Below are positions 46,423 through 56,324 of a stretch of 64,000 bases of DNA, piece after piece; within the stretch, counting starts at the first letter, position 1; each line of letters starts with the position of its first letter. The notes below the pieces were generated by a model, which saw only the letters and a list, made by a program, of their open reading frames with translations, searched no databases and was not told the DNA's origin. This stretch comes from Bacteroidales bacterium (GTDB lineage Bacteria; Bacteroidota; Bacteroidia; Bacteroidales; VadinHA17): assembly GCA_024762655.1 (NCBI GenBank), contig JANTHB010000002.1, forward strand, positions 8,007-72,006, read 5' to 3'. A program made the position numbers and the translations under genes.

Positions 46423-48462
46423 TTAAAAATTATTCATTTCAGAAACATTCCCAATGTCAAGGTTGACTTTGGTCTGGACACCCAATTTAAAATCAAGCGT
46501 ATAGTCCGTATAGATTTTAACACTTTTGGTTCCCTGGTCGGTGGAGTTAAATATCCCGGCAACGATCAGGTCCGGCATGTTTTCCAGTTCCTCGAGTTGA
46601 ATATTTGTGATTTCTATGGTTTGGTCGGAAGATATCACATCTGTCACCCTGCCCCCTGCATCTACCGGTGCAGGTTGTATGATCTGATCAAACAAGATGG
46701 AATCTGCGATGAAACCGGAGGCCTTATCATAAAGATAGAGTTTGACATTCATTCCTACAGGAAATCCGTTCTCTGCCTGCAGATGAAGTTTTACGTATTC
46801 AAGATCCTTCAACGAAAACTTCGAGGAATCTGACGGGTCATTATAAAAAGGATTGTCAAGGGTGTCCTGCAATTGAAGGTTCTGCATTTTGAATTCCAGA
46901 GGAACTTCCACCTCCAGGCCCAAAAGGATCCGGCTGTCAAAGGAGAAGAAATTGGACCATCCCTGGAATCCATCCGGATTGACAACCGCCTTCCCGTCAT
47001 AAAAAACAGAAGAGGGGTGCAGGTCGATCAACGGGACAATATCCGTATTCTCCTTTGTAAAAGCCAATGTTCCTTCAGCGGGAGGTTCTGTTCGGTCAGA
47101 GGGATACTCAATCCGCATGGGAGGAGCATTCAGGGCTTGCTCGTCACCGTTGTTTGTTTTTCCTGTTACATCCATGGAGATTTCTACCGGTATGCCAAAG
47201 CCATTGGAATATATAATCCGAACCTGTGGATTGGTGAGGGAGAGGGTCCCGTGAATATTTCTGAAAAAATCATCCAGTCCCACTTCAACCGTGTCTTTAT
47301 CAAGCAGGTATTCCTTTTGTCCGAAATATCCCTGCACATATTGAATTTCTAGACCGGCAAGCTGATATCTGAACTTCATCATCTGGGTCGCATCGAAGTT
47401 TACGAGATTTCCGGTGGATTTCAACGATACCCGGTACCGGTACGGCAAAACATTGTAGGGATGAGTATCTACGGATGCCAGGTTGAACGAGACCCCGCGG
47501 AGTGATAATGTGTCATCAAAACTTCCCTGACCGTTTGTCAGAAAAGAATAATCCAGGGTGTCCGCGTCCTTTTTCCCGGTAGGGAAAGTTATGTTAAATG
47601 CTATGGGTTCAGTCAGAGGAGACACGGTGGTAACGGAAAAACGTCCTTTTCGGGTACTTAGAAGAGTCAGTTGTAAGGTGTCCATATTCAGATCATAATT
47701 GCCTGTGTCGCTATAAAAGACCTGGTCGGGCAGAACAGCATTTCCGGATAAGCCAGACACTTCCGATGCGTGGATGGAAACGGTAAGTCCCTCCGGGACA
47801 ACCGTTGTGGCAGGTAAAATAGAGACGATCTCTACGGTCCATCTGTTGCTCAAAGTAAGACCGGCCAGATCAAACGTATCTGTCAGTGAATCGTGTGCCG
47901 GGATATTGGAATACACCAAAGGGGAGCCTATTAGGGAGTTATCATCCGTATTATGTAACTGCAATGTCAGAGAGGAAATCTCAGAAGAAAGATTATTGGT
48001 CACCGTGACAGAGAGGGTTCCTCCGGCGAAGGTTACGTGTGTAAAGTTTTGGAAAGCAGGGAAAAGAGAGGAGCCTGCAGCGTTGGGAATGCTTTTCCTT
48101 CCCTGAAAATCATACAGAAGAAAAGGTCCCAGAGGGATAGTATTGGAGTCAGGATCCTGATCATCAATATGCATATAATCAGAAGCTTCGAGTGAGAAAA
48201 TGGAATCCTGCCTGTAAACTAACTTTACCGCTCCGTCATCTTCAAAGACAATGGTGTCATTGGGTTTTACCAGGTCCTGCATCTTCATGGCCCCGTGTAC
48301 TACGGGCAACACCCACTGCTGTGAAAGAGCAGCCTGCGTGGAGAGTTTGTTAAAATCGTATTTGTCTTTGATACAACCCGGCAATGTAAGGCTTGTAAGC
48401 AATAAGCCGAAAAGAAAAATCCGGATTTTTTTCTTCATCCAAGATGTCTTTTTCATTTCCAA
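46423..48462 (-). CDS. Uncharacterised lipoprotein (679 aa)
   Basis: Lipobox LTLPGCIKD. No recognisable catalytic motif. A 12-nt gap separates it from the downstream barrel gene and 15 nt from the upstream gene. Confidence 0.75.
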   Translation of the reverse strand: MEMKKTSWMKKKIRIFLFGLLLTSLTLPGCIKDKYDFNKLSTQAALSQQWVLPVVHGAMKMQDLVKPNDTIVFEDDGAVKLVYRQDSIFSLEASDYMHIDDQDPDSNTIPLGPFLLYDFQGRKSIPNAAGSSLFPAFQNFTHVTFAGGTLSVTVTNNLSSEISSLTLQLHNTDDNSLIGSPLVYSNIPAHDSLTDTFDLAGLTLSNRWTVEIVSILPATTVVPEGLTVSIHASEVSGLSGNAVLPDQVFYSDTGNYDLNMDTLQLTLLSTRKGRFSVTTVSPLTEPIAFNITFPTGKKDADTLDYSFLTNGQGSFDDTLSLRGVSFNLASVDTHPYNVLPYRYRVSLKSTGNLVNFDATQMMKFRYQLAGLEIQYVQGYFGQKEYLLDKDTVEVGLDDFFRNIHGTLSLTNPQVRIIYSNGFGIPVEISMDVTGKTNNGDEQALNAPPMRIEYPSDRTEPPAEGTLAFTKENTDIVPLIDLHPSSVFYDGKAVVNPDGFQGWSNFFSFDSRILLGLEVEVPLEFKMQNLQLQDTLDNPFYNDPSDSSKFSLKDLEYVKLHLQAENGFPVGMNVKLYLYDKASGFIADSILFDQIIQPAPVDAGGRVTDVISSDQTIEITNIQLEELENMPDLIVAGIFNSTDQGTKSVKIYTDYTLDFKLGVQTKVNLDIGNVSEMNNF

Positions 48463-48477
48463 ACCGATATTTTAATA

Positions 48478-51261
48478 TCATTTTACGGAATAGTTATACA
48501 AAAAGTTATCTTTTCCTCCCACAATCAGATTAAAATTGTTTCCTTCCGGACCCAATCGTCCGATAGTAAACCGGGTCTGGCCTTTTAGCGGGAATCCATT
48601 GTATAGCTTGCCGTTATTGTTAACAAGATATATCAAACCGCTGGTAGCATCCACCAAACCGGTTTTCTTATCGCTGGAAGAAAATGTATAGACCACAGGG
48701 GGAGAGGATATTGCTCCTTTTGTCCGGAAAGTAAAGCGTTCTTTTTCGGTGGATCTCATTACGCGTAACCGGTTGTCATAAACGAAAATATACTCTTTCC
48801 GACCGTCCCCGTTCAGATCTTCATAAGAGAACCAGGCATCTTCGGGAATATCAGGGAACTGAATACGTTTTATCTTCCCGGTAAGACTAACAAAGCAGAC
48901 CTTTCCTCCCGTACTGTTCATTACGAATGCGGGAGATCCTGTTCCGGGGTAGTGTCCCCAAAAAATACTCTGGTGAACAGGTTTTGGTATATTTTCCCTG
49001 ACATGTACCCGCTCATTTCCACGACGGTCGAGGATATACAGGTTCAACGTGTCGGTAAAGACAATATAGTCTTTTCCGGCCCACGTGTAGTGGTGCACGG
49101 GACCCGTCACGGGGCTCTCACATTTTGTGATTTTCCATCCCGGGACAAGGTTTCCCTGTTTGTCATACACATAAACCTTTTTATCTTCTCCGGCGATAAA
49201 AATCCTGTAGTTTTTATTTTTGTTATAATCGAACAACGCCATTTCATTGGAGGCAGGGCTGCGCAAGGCTACCGGAAAACGCTCTACAAAATTGCCATTT
49301 CGGTCAATCAGATACAGATAATGACGTGTATTGAATAAATACTGCAGTTTGTTATTTCTGTAGAAATCTATTTGCCAGGCTTGTCCTATGATTTTTTCAC
49401 GCAGCGGTACTTTCCACAGGATCCTCCCGGAAGCATTGATCAGATAGATACGGTTGGCAGCATCCTGCACAAATATTTCTTTATGATGAGACCTGTGGTT
49501 AATGACGATCTGGGGTTTGTAGTGTATGACCGTATCCAGTAAGCTTTCCCATACGGTTACCGCCTTTTTCTCCACTTTATCTTTATACTGAATATAGATA
49601 TTATTGTATATCATACTATTCTGACGGATCGCTTCATAACCCAGATATTTTATTTTAATATTTTTTTCATGATACTGACCATAAGCTTTTTTTACCGCTT
49701 CGGAGAGTGACTTTTCGATTAACCGGCCCGCATCCGGGATTTTAAGAAAATAGAACAGATTTGAACGCATGGACATCCCTTCGGTAAATTCCCTGAAGTC
49801 AGGATCATGAGATAGTGTTTGCTGGAGGATATTGAATTTTATAAACGAAAACAGAGATTTTACGGAGTTCCCGGCCAGCATGTAGTTGTCAAGGAATGTA
49901 ACATACTGATAGGAATAATTTCCGGCCATCCGTCCGAATAACATGCCGGGGATATGCCCGTAAGGCAGATGGTAAATCGTATATTTTGTTTCAGGGTCGA
50001 AGGTAACGGTGGTAGTAAATTGTCGTAAGGATTTATTGTTTTTTCCGGCGTATTCTTTAAGAAGATCCACGATGGCCTGGTAGGCACCCGACTGACTTTT
50101 CACGGAAGTGATCCAAAAAGTGTTATTGGCATCCGTTTCGTTTTTTATATCCATATTAACCAGGGCCGCCTGGCCGGTGACAAATGATGCGAAGAAATCC
50201 CAGGGTGTCTTGCCCGTATTTTTAAGGAAAGAGTCAGCCATATCAGCCCATGGGTTCAAATGTTTTTCCTTGCGGTAGGCCTGTAATCTGTCCCGGTAAG
50301 GTATAAGGTCGCCAAACGAGAGAACGGTGGCGGAGATCGTGGAGGCCGGGATAACCTCCATTATATCTGCCGCAGCAGGTTCGCTTGCTCCGGGTACACG
50401 CAACAGATAACCGGTAGAGTCATTGAGGGTAGTAAATCCGTTTAATAAAACAGAGTTTCCTTTCAGTACGACATCCAGTTCGGTCCAGCTACCCAACGGA
50501 TAAGCGTTTTCCAATTTATGATACATGGTTTCGCTAGTCCAGCGTTTTAAAAATCCCGGTATCCGGTCAGCCCGGATATATATATTGGCTTCCTCATTTT
50601 TACCGGCGGTATTTCTGACTTTTTTGAAGGAAGGGTTTTTATCAAGGGATAGGGTTGTCTCCATTTGGCGGATTCCTTTTTCAAGCAAAATACGGGAGGG
50701 ACTGAACAGCAACAATCCTTTATGAACAGCAAAATAAAATTCCATCCGGCCCGGAACAACCTGAACCCGGTAGATCTTCACATGGTTATAATTTCTTATT
50801 TCCGGGACGTCTCCCTGGCCTGCCTGTGAAGCAATATCGTGAAGGGTCGATTCGCGTATCCTCCCCGGCAGACGCATAACTCCCAGCATGGCTGTTCCTG
50901 TTTTTCCGGCATTGTGCAGGCTTAGAACCAGGTCATTTCCCTGAAAAAGATTATTGAGGTCCCGGTTTCCGGAAAACAAGGAATCAAGAATCTCGAGACT
51001 ATACGACGAAGCATTAATATCAGGGATCTTTTTCAGATCGTTCCATACGTGGTTTTCACGTGTGATTTTTTTCAGTAGCGCCGGCATATCCCGTGTCTCA
51101 ATCAGCATATATGCATCCGTAGGGACAACTCCATACGGATCGCCGGCGGAAAAACCGGCTCTGTGGGACCATCGTGTAAAGAAAATAATGAAAACAATAA
51201 CGACGGCCAGAAGAATCCCCAGCCATATCCCGTATTTTCTTTCCGTGTCCGGTACCGACAT
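48478..51261 (-). CDS. Uncharacterised membrane-anchored protein with a C-terminal ~8-blade beta-propeller-like repeat region
   Basis: The ATG at 51261 (MSVPDTERKYGIWLGILLAVVIVFIIFF) is followed by one TM segment. The C-terminal 332 aa carry repeated blades (RIYLINASGRILW, YLYLIDRNGNFVERFP, KVYVYDKQGNLVPGW, LYILDRRGNERV, DLNGDGRKEYIFVYD, LIYLVNNNGKLYNGFP). Confidence 0.75.
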   Translation of the reverse strand: MSVPDTERKYGIWLGILLAVVIVFIIFFTRWSHRAGFSAGDPYGVVPTDAYMLIETRDMPALLKKITRENHVWNDLKKIPDINASSYSLEILDSLFSGNRDLNNLFQGNDLVLSLHNAGKTGTAMLGVMRLPGRIRESTLHDIASQAGQGDVPEIRNYNHVKIYRVQVVPGRMEFYFAVHKGLLLFSPSRILLEKGIRQMETTLSLDKNPSFKKVRNTAGKNEEANIYIRADRIPGFLKRWTSETMYHKLENAYPLGSWTELDVVLKGNSVLLNGFTTLNDSTGYLLRVPGASEPAAADIMEVIPASTISATVLSFGDLIPYRDRLQAYRKEKHLNPWADMADSFLKNTGKTPWDFFASFVTGQAALVNMDIKNETDANNTFWITSVKSQSGAYQAIVDLLKEYAGKNNKSLRQFTTTVTFDPETKYTIYHLPYGHIPGMLFGRMAGNYSYQYVTFLDNYMLAGNSVKSLFSFIKFNILQQTLSHDPDFREFTEGMSMRSNLFYFLKIPDAGRLIEKSLSEAVKKAYGQYHEKNIKIKYLGYEAIRQNSMIYNNIYIQYKDKVEKKAVTVWESLLDTVIHYKPQIVINHRSHHKEIFVQDAANRIYLINASGRILWKVPLREKIIGQAWQIDFYRNNKLQYLFNTRHYLYLIDRNGNFVERFPVALRSPASNEMALFDYNKNKNYRIFIAGEDKKVYVYDKQGNLVPGWKITKCESPVTGPVHHYTWAGKDYIVFTDTLNLYILDRRGNERVHVRENIPKPVHQSIFWGHYPGTGSPAFVMNSTGGKVCFVSLTGKIKRIQFPDIPEDAWFSYEDLNGDGRKEYIFVYDNRLRVMRSTEKERFTFRTKGAISSPPVVYTFSSSDKKTGLVDATSGLIYLVNNNGKLYNGFPLKGQTRFTIGRLGPEGNNFNLIVGGKDNFLYNYSVK

Positions 51262-51363
51262 AGTAAAAATTTTTTTTACAGAGTAAAACCGGTGTTTTTT
51301 TGTTATAAAAATGTCGTACGAAGATACAACAATTCCGCTTATCCTGAAATGATAACGGTTTAC

Positions 51364-51371
51364 TATCTTTG
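51364..51371 (+). promoter_or_regulatory. Candidate -7 box (TATCTTTG) for the TonB-dependent receptor gene
   Basis: It matches TAnnTTTG, 22 nt upstream of the ATG at 51393. Confidence 0.35.
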
Positions 51372-51392
51372 TGCAGTAAAAACGAGGTGCCC

Positions 51393-53804
51393 ATGAAGTT
51401 TTCGAAAGTTTTGATGATTTTTTCATTACTGGCTTTTCCTTCCATGGTCATGGCGCAAAAGATCAGGGTTGTTGACCGGAACACCGGGAATCCGGTAGAA
51501 AGGGTAGCACTATATACTCCTTCACTGAAGAAATCCGTCATTACGGGGGTTGATGGTTACGCTTCCCTGGATGGTTTTACGGAAGGCGATACCATTATTT
51601 TTCAGCATCCTTCTTATCATAAGACATTGATGACAAAAAAGCAGATTCTTGCCTCGGGAGGAACGGTTTTTTTAGAACACAGGGTGGTAATGCTGGATGA
51701 ATCTGTTGTTTCTGTCAGCCGGTGGGAGCAGGAGAAGAGGGAAGTGCCCAACCGCATTGTTACGATCCAAAACGATCGCATTGATTTTTTTAACCCCCAG
51801 ACAGCTGCCGATCTGCTGAATATTTCCGACCAGGTGTTTATTCAGAAGAGTCAGCTGGGAGGGGGTAGCCCTATGTTACGCGGTTTTGCCGCCAATTCGG
51901 TTCTTCTTGTCGTTGACGGTACAAGGATGAATAATGCCATATACCGCAGTGGAAACCTTCAGAATGTCATTTCACTGGACCCCCATGTTATTGAATCATC
52001 CGAAGTGATTTTCGGACCGGGAACCGTTATTTACGGAAGTGACGCTCTGGGTGGAGTCATGGATTTTCATACCCTGGTGCCTGCCCTTTCCACCAAAGAT
52101 AAGCCCCTGATAAAGGCACATGCACTGGTAAGGGGTGCCACTGCCAACCGGGAAAAAACCATGCACACCGATCTATGCGCAGGATGGAAGAAATGGAGCT
52201 TTCTTACCAGTTTTTCATCTTCCGGTTTTAAGGATCTGAGAATGGGGAGACACGGATATCCGGAGCTCCGGCGTAACGAATATGTTATCCGCAGCGGAGA
52301 CAGGGACACTGTTATTCCAAATCCCGATCCTGACATTCAGGTACCTTCTGGTTATCAACAGATTAACCTGATGGAAAAGATACGTTTCAGGCCCGGAGAG
52401 AATACCGACTACCTCTTATCTTTCCATTACTCCCGTCTGAGCAATGTTCCCAGATATGACCGGTTGATACAGTATAAAAACGGCCTTCCGAAATATGCAG
52501 ACTGGTATTATGGCCCCCAGAAATGGATGATGCCTCATTTGACGGTTCATCTGAAGAAGAAAACCTCTTTTTATGATAATTCCAAAATAAATCTGGCCTA
52601 TCAATATTACGAAGAAAGCCGTCATGACAGAAAACTGAACAGTATCTTTTTAAGGCACCGGACTGAAAAAGTCCATATTGCAAACCTGAATGCTGATTTT
52701 GACAAGGTTTTATCCGGCAAGAGAGGGCAATTTTTTTACGGTCTGGAATTTAACTTTAATGATATTCACTCGGCCGGGGTTACAGAAGACATTATGACAG
52801 GGACAATTTTCCCTTCCCCTTCCCGCTATCCTGACGGGCTAAATCATTATTATGCTGCTGCAGGATATGTTTCCTATAAGAAAAACTTTTCCGGGTTGTT
52901 TACTTTCAATGGAGGCCTACGCATCAATTATGTATCCCTGCACAGCGAGATAGGGGATACCTCTTTTTATCATTTTCCGTATCAAACCATTGGTCTGGCC
53001 AATCGTGCTTTGACAGGGTCAGCCGGGCTGGTTTATCATCCGGGAACCCGCTGGCAGTTCAAGATAAATTTTTCCACAGGTTTCAGGGCCCCTAATCTGG
53101 ATGATGTGGGTAAGATCTTCGACTCGGAACCCGGCAGGGTCATTGTTCCGAATCCTGACTTAAAGCCGGAATATTTGTATAACCTGGATGCCAATGTTAT
53201 CAGAAAAAACGGGAAAGTCTTCAGCTTTGATTTCTCTGTTTTTACCAGCTACCTGAACCATGCTATGGTCAGGAGGCCTTTTACATGGAACGGCCGCGAT
53301 TCGATCATGTACGATGGAGAGCTCAGTGAAGTACAGGCCCTGACCAATACGGGTCATGCCTTTATCTATGGATCCTCATTCCTTGTCACGCTTGATCTCC
53401 CGTTTTCGTTACAGCTCCGTTCGTCTCTTACTTTCAACCGCGGGAAAGACCAGGACGGATATCCGGTAAGGCATGTGCCTCCTCTTTTCGGCACCACACA
53501 CCTGCGTTATGAGAAAGCCGGTTTTACGGTAGACTTTTTCTTTCGTTACAATGGGAGAATACCCTATCAGTGGCTGGCTGTTAGCGAACGCAACAAGGGT
53601 TACATGTATGCAAAAGATGCGGAGGGAAATCCCTGGTCTCCCGGCTGGTACACCATGAATCTGGCTACGGCTTACCGGTTTCACAACGGGCTGTCTTTGC
53701 ATTTTGATATTGGAAATATTCTGGATGTACGTTATCGTCCCTATTCTTCAGGCATTGCCGGGCCGGGCCGGGATATCGTTTTGGCGATACGTTATACGAT
53801 TTAA
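51393..53804 (+). CDS. TonB-dependent receptor with an N-terminal carboxypeptidase-regulatory-like domain
   Basis: Signal peptide, then KIRVVDRNTGNPVERVALY (CarbopepD_reg-like). Plug motifs follow (NISDQVFIQKSQLGGGSPMLRGF, DGTRMNN, IFGPGTVIYGSDALGGV). The barrel terminus is ...LAIRYTI. Confidence 0.88.
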   Translation: MKFSKVLMIFSLLAFPSMVMAQKIRVVDRNTGNPVERVALYTPSLKKSVITGVDGYASLDGFTEGDTIIFQHPSYHKTLMTKKQILASGGTVFLEHRVVMLDESVVSVSRWEQEKREVPNRIVTIQNDRIDFFNPQTAADLLNISDQVFIQKSQLGGGSPMLRGFAANSVLLVVDGTRMNNAIYRSGNLQNVISLDPHVIESSEVIFGPGTVIYGSDALGGVMDFHTLVPALSTKDKPLIKAHALVRGATANREKTMHTDLCAGWKKWSFLTSFSSSGFKDLRMGRHGYPELRRNEYVIRSGDRDTVIPNPDPDIQVPSGYQQINLMEKIRFRPGENTDYLLSFHYSRLSNVPRYDRLIQYKNGLPKYADWYYGPQKWMMPHLTVHLKKKTSFYDNSKINLAYQYYEESRHDRKLNSIFLRHRTEKVHIANLNADFDKVLSGKRGQFFYGLEFNFNDIHSAGVTEDIMTGTIFPSPSRYPDGLNHYYAAAGYVSYKKNFSGLFTFNGGLRINYVSLHSEIGDTSFYHFPYQTIGLANRALTGSAGLVYHPGTRWQFKINFSTGFRAPNLDDVGKIFDSEPGRVIVPNPDLKPEYLYNLDANVIRKNGKVFSFDFSVFTSYLNHAMVRRPFTWNGRDSIMYDGELSEVQALTNTGHAFIYGSSFLVTLDLPFSLQLRSSLTFNRGKDQDGYPVRHVPPLFGTTHLRYEKAGFTVDFFFRYNGRIPYQWLAVSERNKGYMYAKDAEGNPWSPGWYTMNLATAYRFHNGLSLHFDIGNILDVRYRPYSSGIAGPGRDIVLAIRYTI

Positions 53805-53818
53805 AGGGAAACCCCTTA

Positions 53819-54655
53819 TCATCCGAACTGAAAAGAGCCCACACGCACGAACGATGATCTTGGGTTGATGCATAACACCGGGACCCGGGCGCTGTTGGCG
53901 ATGATATATTGCTCAAAAACACCAATGGTGGGACCGAACTTGCGCGTTACCATAATGATGATCAGGTCGGCATTAATCTCTGCGGCAAACTCCATGGTTT
54001 TCTTGCCTAAATGCTCGTCGTGAGCGATCTCATGAATTTCATAGGAGATGTTATTCTGGATCAGGTATTTTACAGCGAAGTTCATCGTGATGTTCAGTTT
54101 CTTGCGCAGGAACCGGTCATTTACATCCTGTTTGAGGATATGGATCCGGGAATCGAAGTATTTACCCATGAAAATGGCCATTTTCAGTTTTTCCCGGTTT
54201 TCTATCCTGTGATCTACCGGGAAAACGATATTCTGGTATTTTTCCCAGTCGCGCGGTTTATCCTGTATCACCAGAAACGGCACTTTCGAACCCATAATTA
54301 CTTTCAGGGCCCAGCTTCCGAACACTTTCTGGCTGCCCTGAATGCCATGGGTTCCCATGATCACCATGAAAGCCTGGTTGTCGGCGGCATATTCGGATAT
54401 TTCATTGAAGATTTTCCCCCGCAAAAGGACCCAGCTTGTGTCTATGCCACTTTCCTCCATGTTTTTTTCAACAATAAGCTGAAGTTTTTTTTGTTTTGTA
54501 ATTTCAGACTCGGGAGACTCTTTTTTGCTCAGGATATGGATGATCCGGATCTCAGTGTCGATCATCCTTGAAATTTTGATGGCATGTTGTAATGCATAAT
54601 CAGAGAGTTCGGTAAAATCCCAGGTAACCAATAAGAATTTTTTACTCTTGTCCAT
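53819..54655 (-). CDS. Tandem universal stress protein (UspA-family) domains
   Basis: Two USP-like halves (FLLVTWDFTELSDYALQHA...MVIMGTHGIQG; NIVFPVD...LIIIMVT). The ATG at 54655 is preferred. Confidence 0.75.
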   Translation of the reverse strand: MDKSKKFLLVTWDFTELSDYALQHAIKISRMIDTEIRIIHILSKKESPESEITKQKKLQLIVEKNMEESGIDTSWVLLRGKIFNEISEYAADNQAFMVIMGTHGIQGSQKVFGSWALKVIMGSKVPFLVIQDKPRDWEKYQNIVFPVDHRIENREKLKMAIFMGKYFDSRIHILKQDVNDRFLRKKLNITMNFAVKYLIQNNISYEIHEIAHDEHLGKKTMEFAAEINADLIIIMVTRKFGPTIGVFEQYIIANSARVPVLCINPRSSFVRVGSFQFG

Positions 54656-54790
54656 CTGTTTCTGTTTTAATGTTCTAAGAATCCAGAATTTATGCGTAGC
54701 AAACCACACCTAAAGTTACAAAATTCCTGATTAGGTAACAACTTAAAAAAACAGTTTCCTGAACAACAGGATGCTTTATGATAAAAATTG

Positions 54791-54798
54791 TATTTTTG
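54791..54798 (+). promoter_or_regulatory. Candidate -7 box (TATTTTTG) for asnS
   Basis: It matches TAnnTTTG, 41 nt upstream of the ATG at 54839. It lies inside the ORF-track N-terminal extension, arguing against that extension. Confidence 0.35.
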
Positions 54799-54838
54799 CA
54801 GACTGCAAAAAGGAACCGGAAACCATAAAAATGAACCA

Positions 54839-56230
54839 ATGAAAGAAAGAAACAAGATCAAAGATTTGCTGCAGGCCACACAGGTTGATGTGGATGTACA
54901 CATCAAAGGTTGGGTAAGAACAAAAAGAGGGAACAAGAATATTGCCTTTATTAATGTTAATGACGGTTCCACTATAAAAAACATTCAGGTAGTGGCTGAT
55001 ATGAAGTCTTTCGAAGAATCTTTGATGAAAAAGATTACGACAGGTGCTTGTATAGCAGTAAGCGGCAGGCTGGTCGAGTCGCTTGGAAAAGGTCAGACGG
55101 TGGAGATCCAGGCACGTGAGATTGAGCTCTACGGGGAAGCAGATCCAGAGAAATATCCACTGCAGAAAAAAGGGCATTCTCTTGAATTTTTACGGGAAAT
55201 TGCCCATTTGCGTTTTCGCACCAACACGTTTGGTGCGGTTTTCCGCATCCGGCATGCCCTGGCTTATGCCATCCACAAGTATTTCGATGAACACGGTTTT
55301 GTATATTTGCATACCCCGATCATCACCGGCTCGGATGCTGAGGGTGCCGGTGAGATGTTCCGTGTCACCACCCTGGATGTTAACAACCCGCCCCGCAAAG
55401 AGGACGGCACGATCGATTTTCATGAGGATTTTTTCGGGAAAGAGACCAAGCTTACCGTTTCAGGGCAGCTGGAAGCCGAGTTGGGGGCTATGTCTCTTGC
55501 CGAGGTGTATACTTTCGGTCCTACTTTCAGAGCGGAAAACTCCAACACCCCGCGTCATCTTGCCGAGTTTTGGATGATCGAACCCGAGATGGCATTTTAT
55601 GACATCCATGATAATATGGACCTGGCCGAGGATTTTGTAAAGTATCTGGTCCGCTATGCCCTGGAGAACAATGCCGACGATCTGGCTTTTTTACAAAAAA
55701 TGTACGATGAGGAGTTACTTGACAGGCTCCGGTTTATTCTGGAAAACACATTTGTGAGGGCCACCTATACGGAAGCCATCACCATCCTGGAGAAATCAGG
55801 ACAGAAATTTGAGTTTCCGGTAAAATGGGGCGCCGACCTGCAGGCCGAACATGAACGTTATCTGGTAGAAAAGCATTATAAGAAACCTGTGATCCTCACG
55901 GATTATCCGAAGGATATAAAGGCTTTTTACATGAAGCAGAATGATGACGGCAAGACGGTCCGGGCTATGGATGTTCTTTTTCCCCGTATCGGGGAGATCA
56001 TCGGCGGGAGCCAAAGAGAAGAAGACTATCAAAAACTTAATGCCAGGATTAAGGAGTTGAATCTTCCGGAGAAAGACCTGTGGTGGTATCTGGAGACACG
56101 TATATTCGGAACAGCCCCGCACAGTGGTTTCGGGCTGGGCTTTGAGCGCCTTGTACTGTTCGTCACCGGCATGGCCAATATACGTGATGTCATTCCCTTT
56201 CCCCGCACCCCAAAGAATGCTGAATTTTAA
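54839..56230 (+). CDS. asnS: Asparagine--tRNA ligase
   Basis: OB-fold N-terminus ([25 protein letters not shown]). Class II motifs are present ([21 protein letters not shown]; GGSQRE; [12 protein letters not shown]). Confidence 0.95.
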   Translation: MKERNKIKDLLQATQVDVDVHIKGWVRTKRGNKNIAFINVNDGSTIKNIQVVADMKSFEESLMKKITTGACIAVSGRLVESLGKGQTVEIQAREIELYGEADPEKYPLQKKGHSLEFLREIAHLRFRTNTFGAVFRIRHALAYAIHKYFDEHGFVYLHTPIITGSDAEGAGEMFRVTTLDVNNPPRKEDGTIDFHEDFFGKETKLTVSGQLEAELGAMSLAEVYTFGPTFRAENSNTPRHLAEFWMIEPEMAFYDIHDNMDLAEDFVKYLVRYALENNADDLAFLQKMYDEELLDRLRFILENTFVRATYTEAITILEKSGQKFEFPVKWGADLQAEHERYLVEKHYKKPVILTDYPKDIKAFYMKQNDDGKTVRAMDVLFPRIGEIIGGSQREEDYQKLNARIKELNLPEKDLWWYLETRIFGTAPHSGFGLGFERLVLFVTGMANIRDVIPFPRTPKNAEF

Positions 56231-56324
56231 CCCTAAAATAACTTCCTCTCATTTGTAGTACGGAAAAATTTTTATAAATTGCTATCAGAGACGAACTCTT
56301 TATGAGGAAAGGAAGACGAAAAAT

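Noticed and set aside
51262-51426. N-terminal 55-aa extension of the 982-aa ORF (and similar extensions at 10876, 21546, 33558, 35079, 51369, 54709 and 54788).
   Set aside because: The extensions lack signal or TM logic, overlap neighbouring genes or promoter boxes, and often begin with non-ATG codons. Internal ATGs give canonical N-termini.
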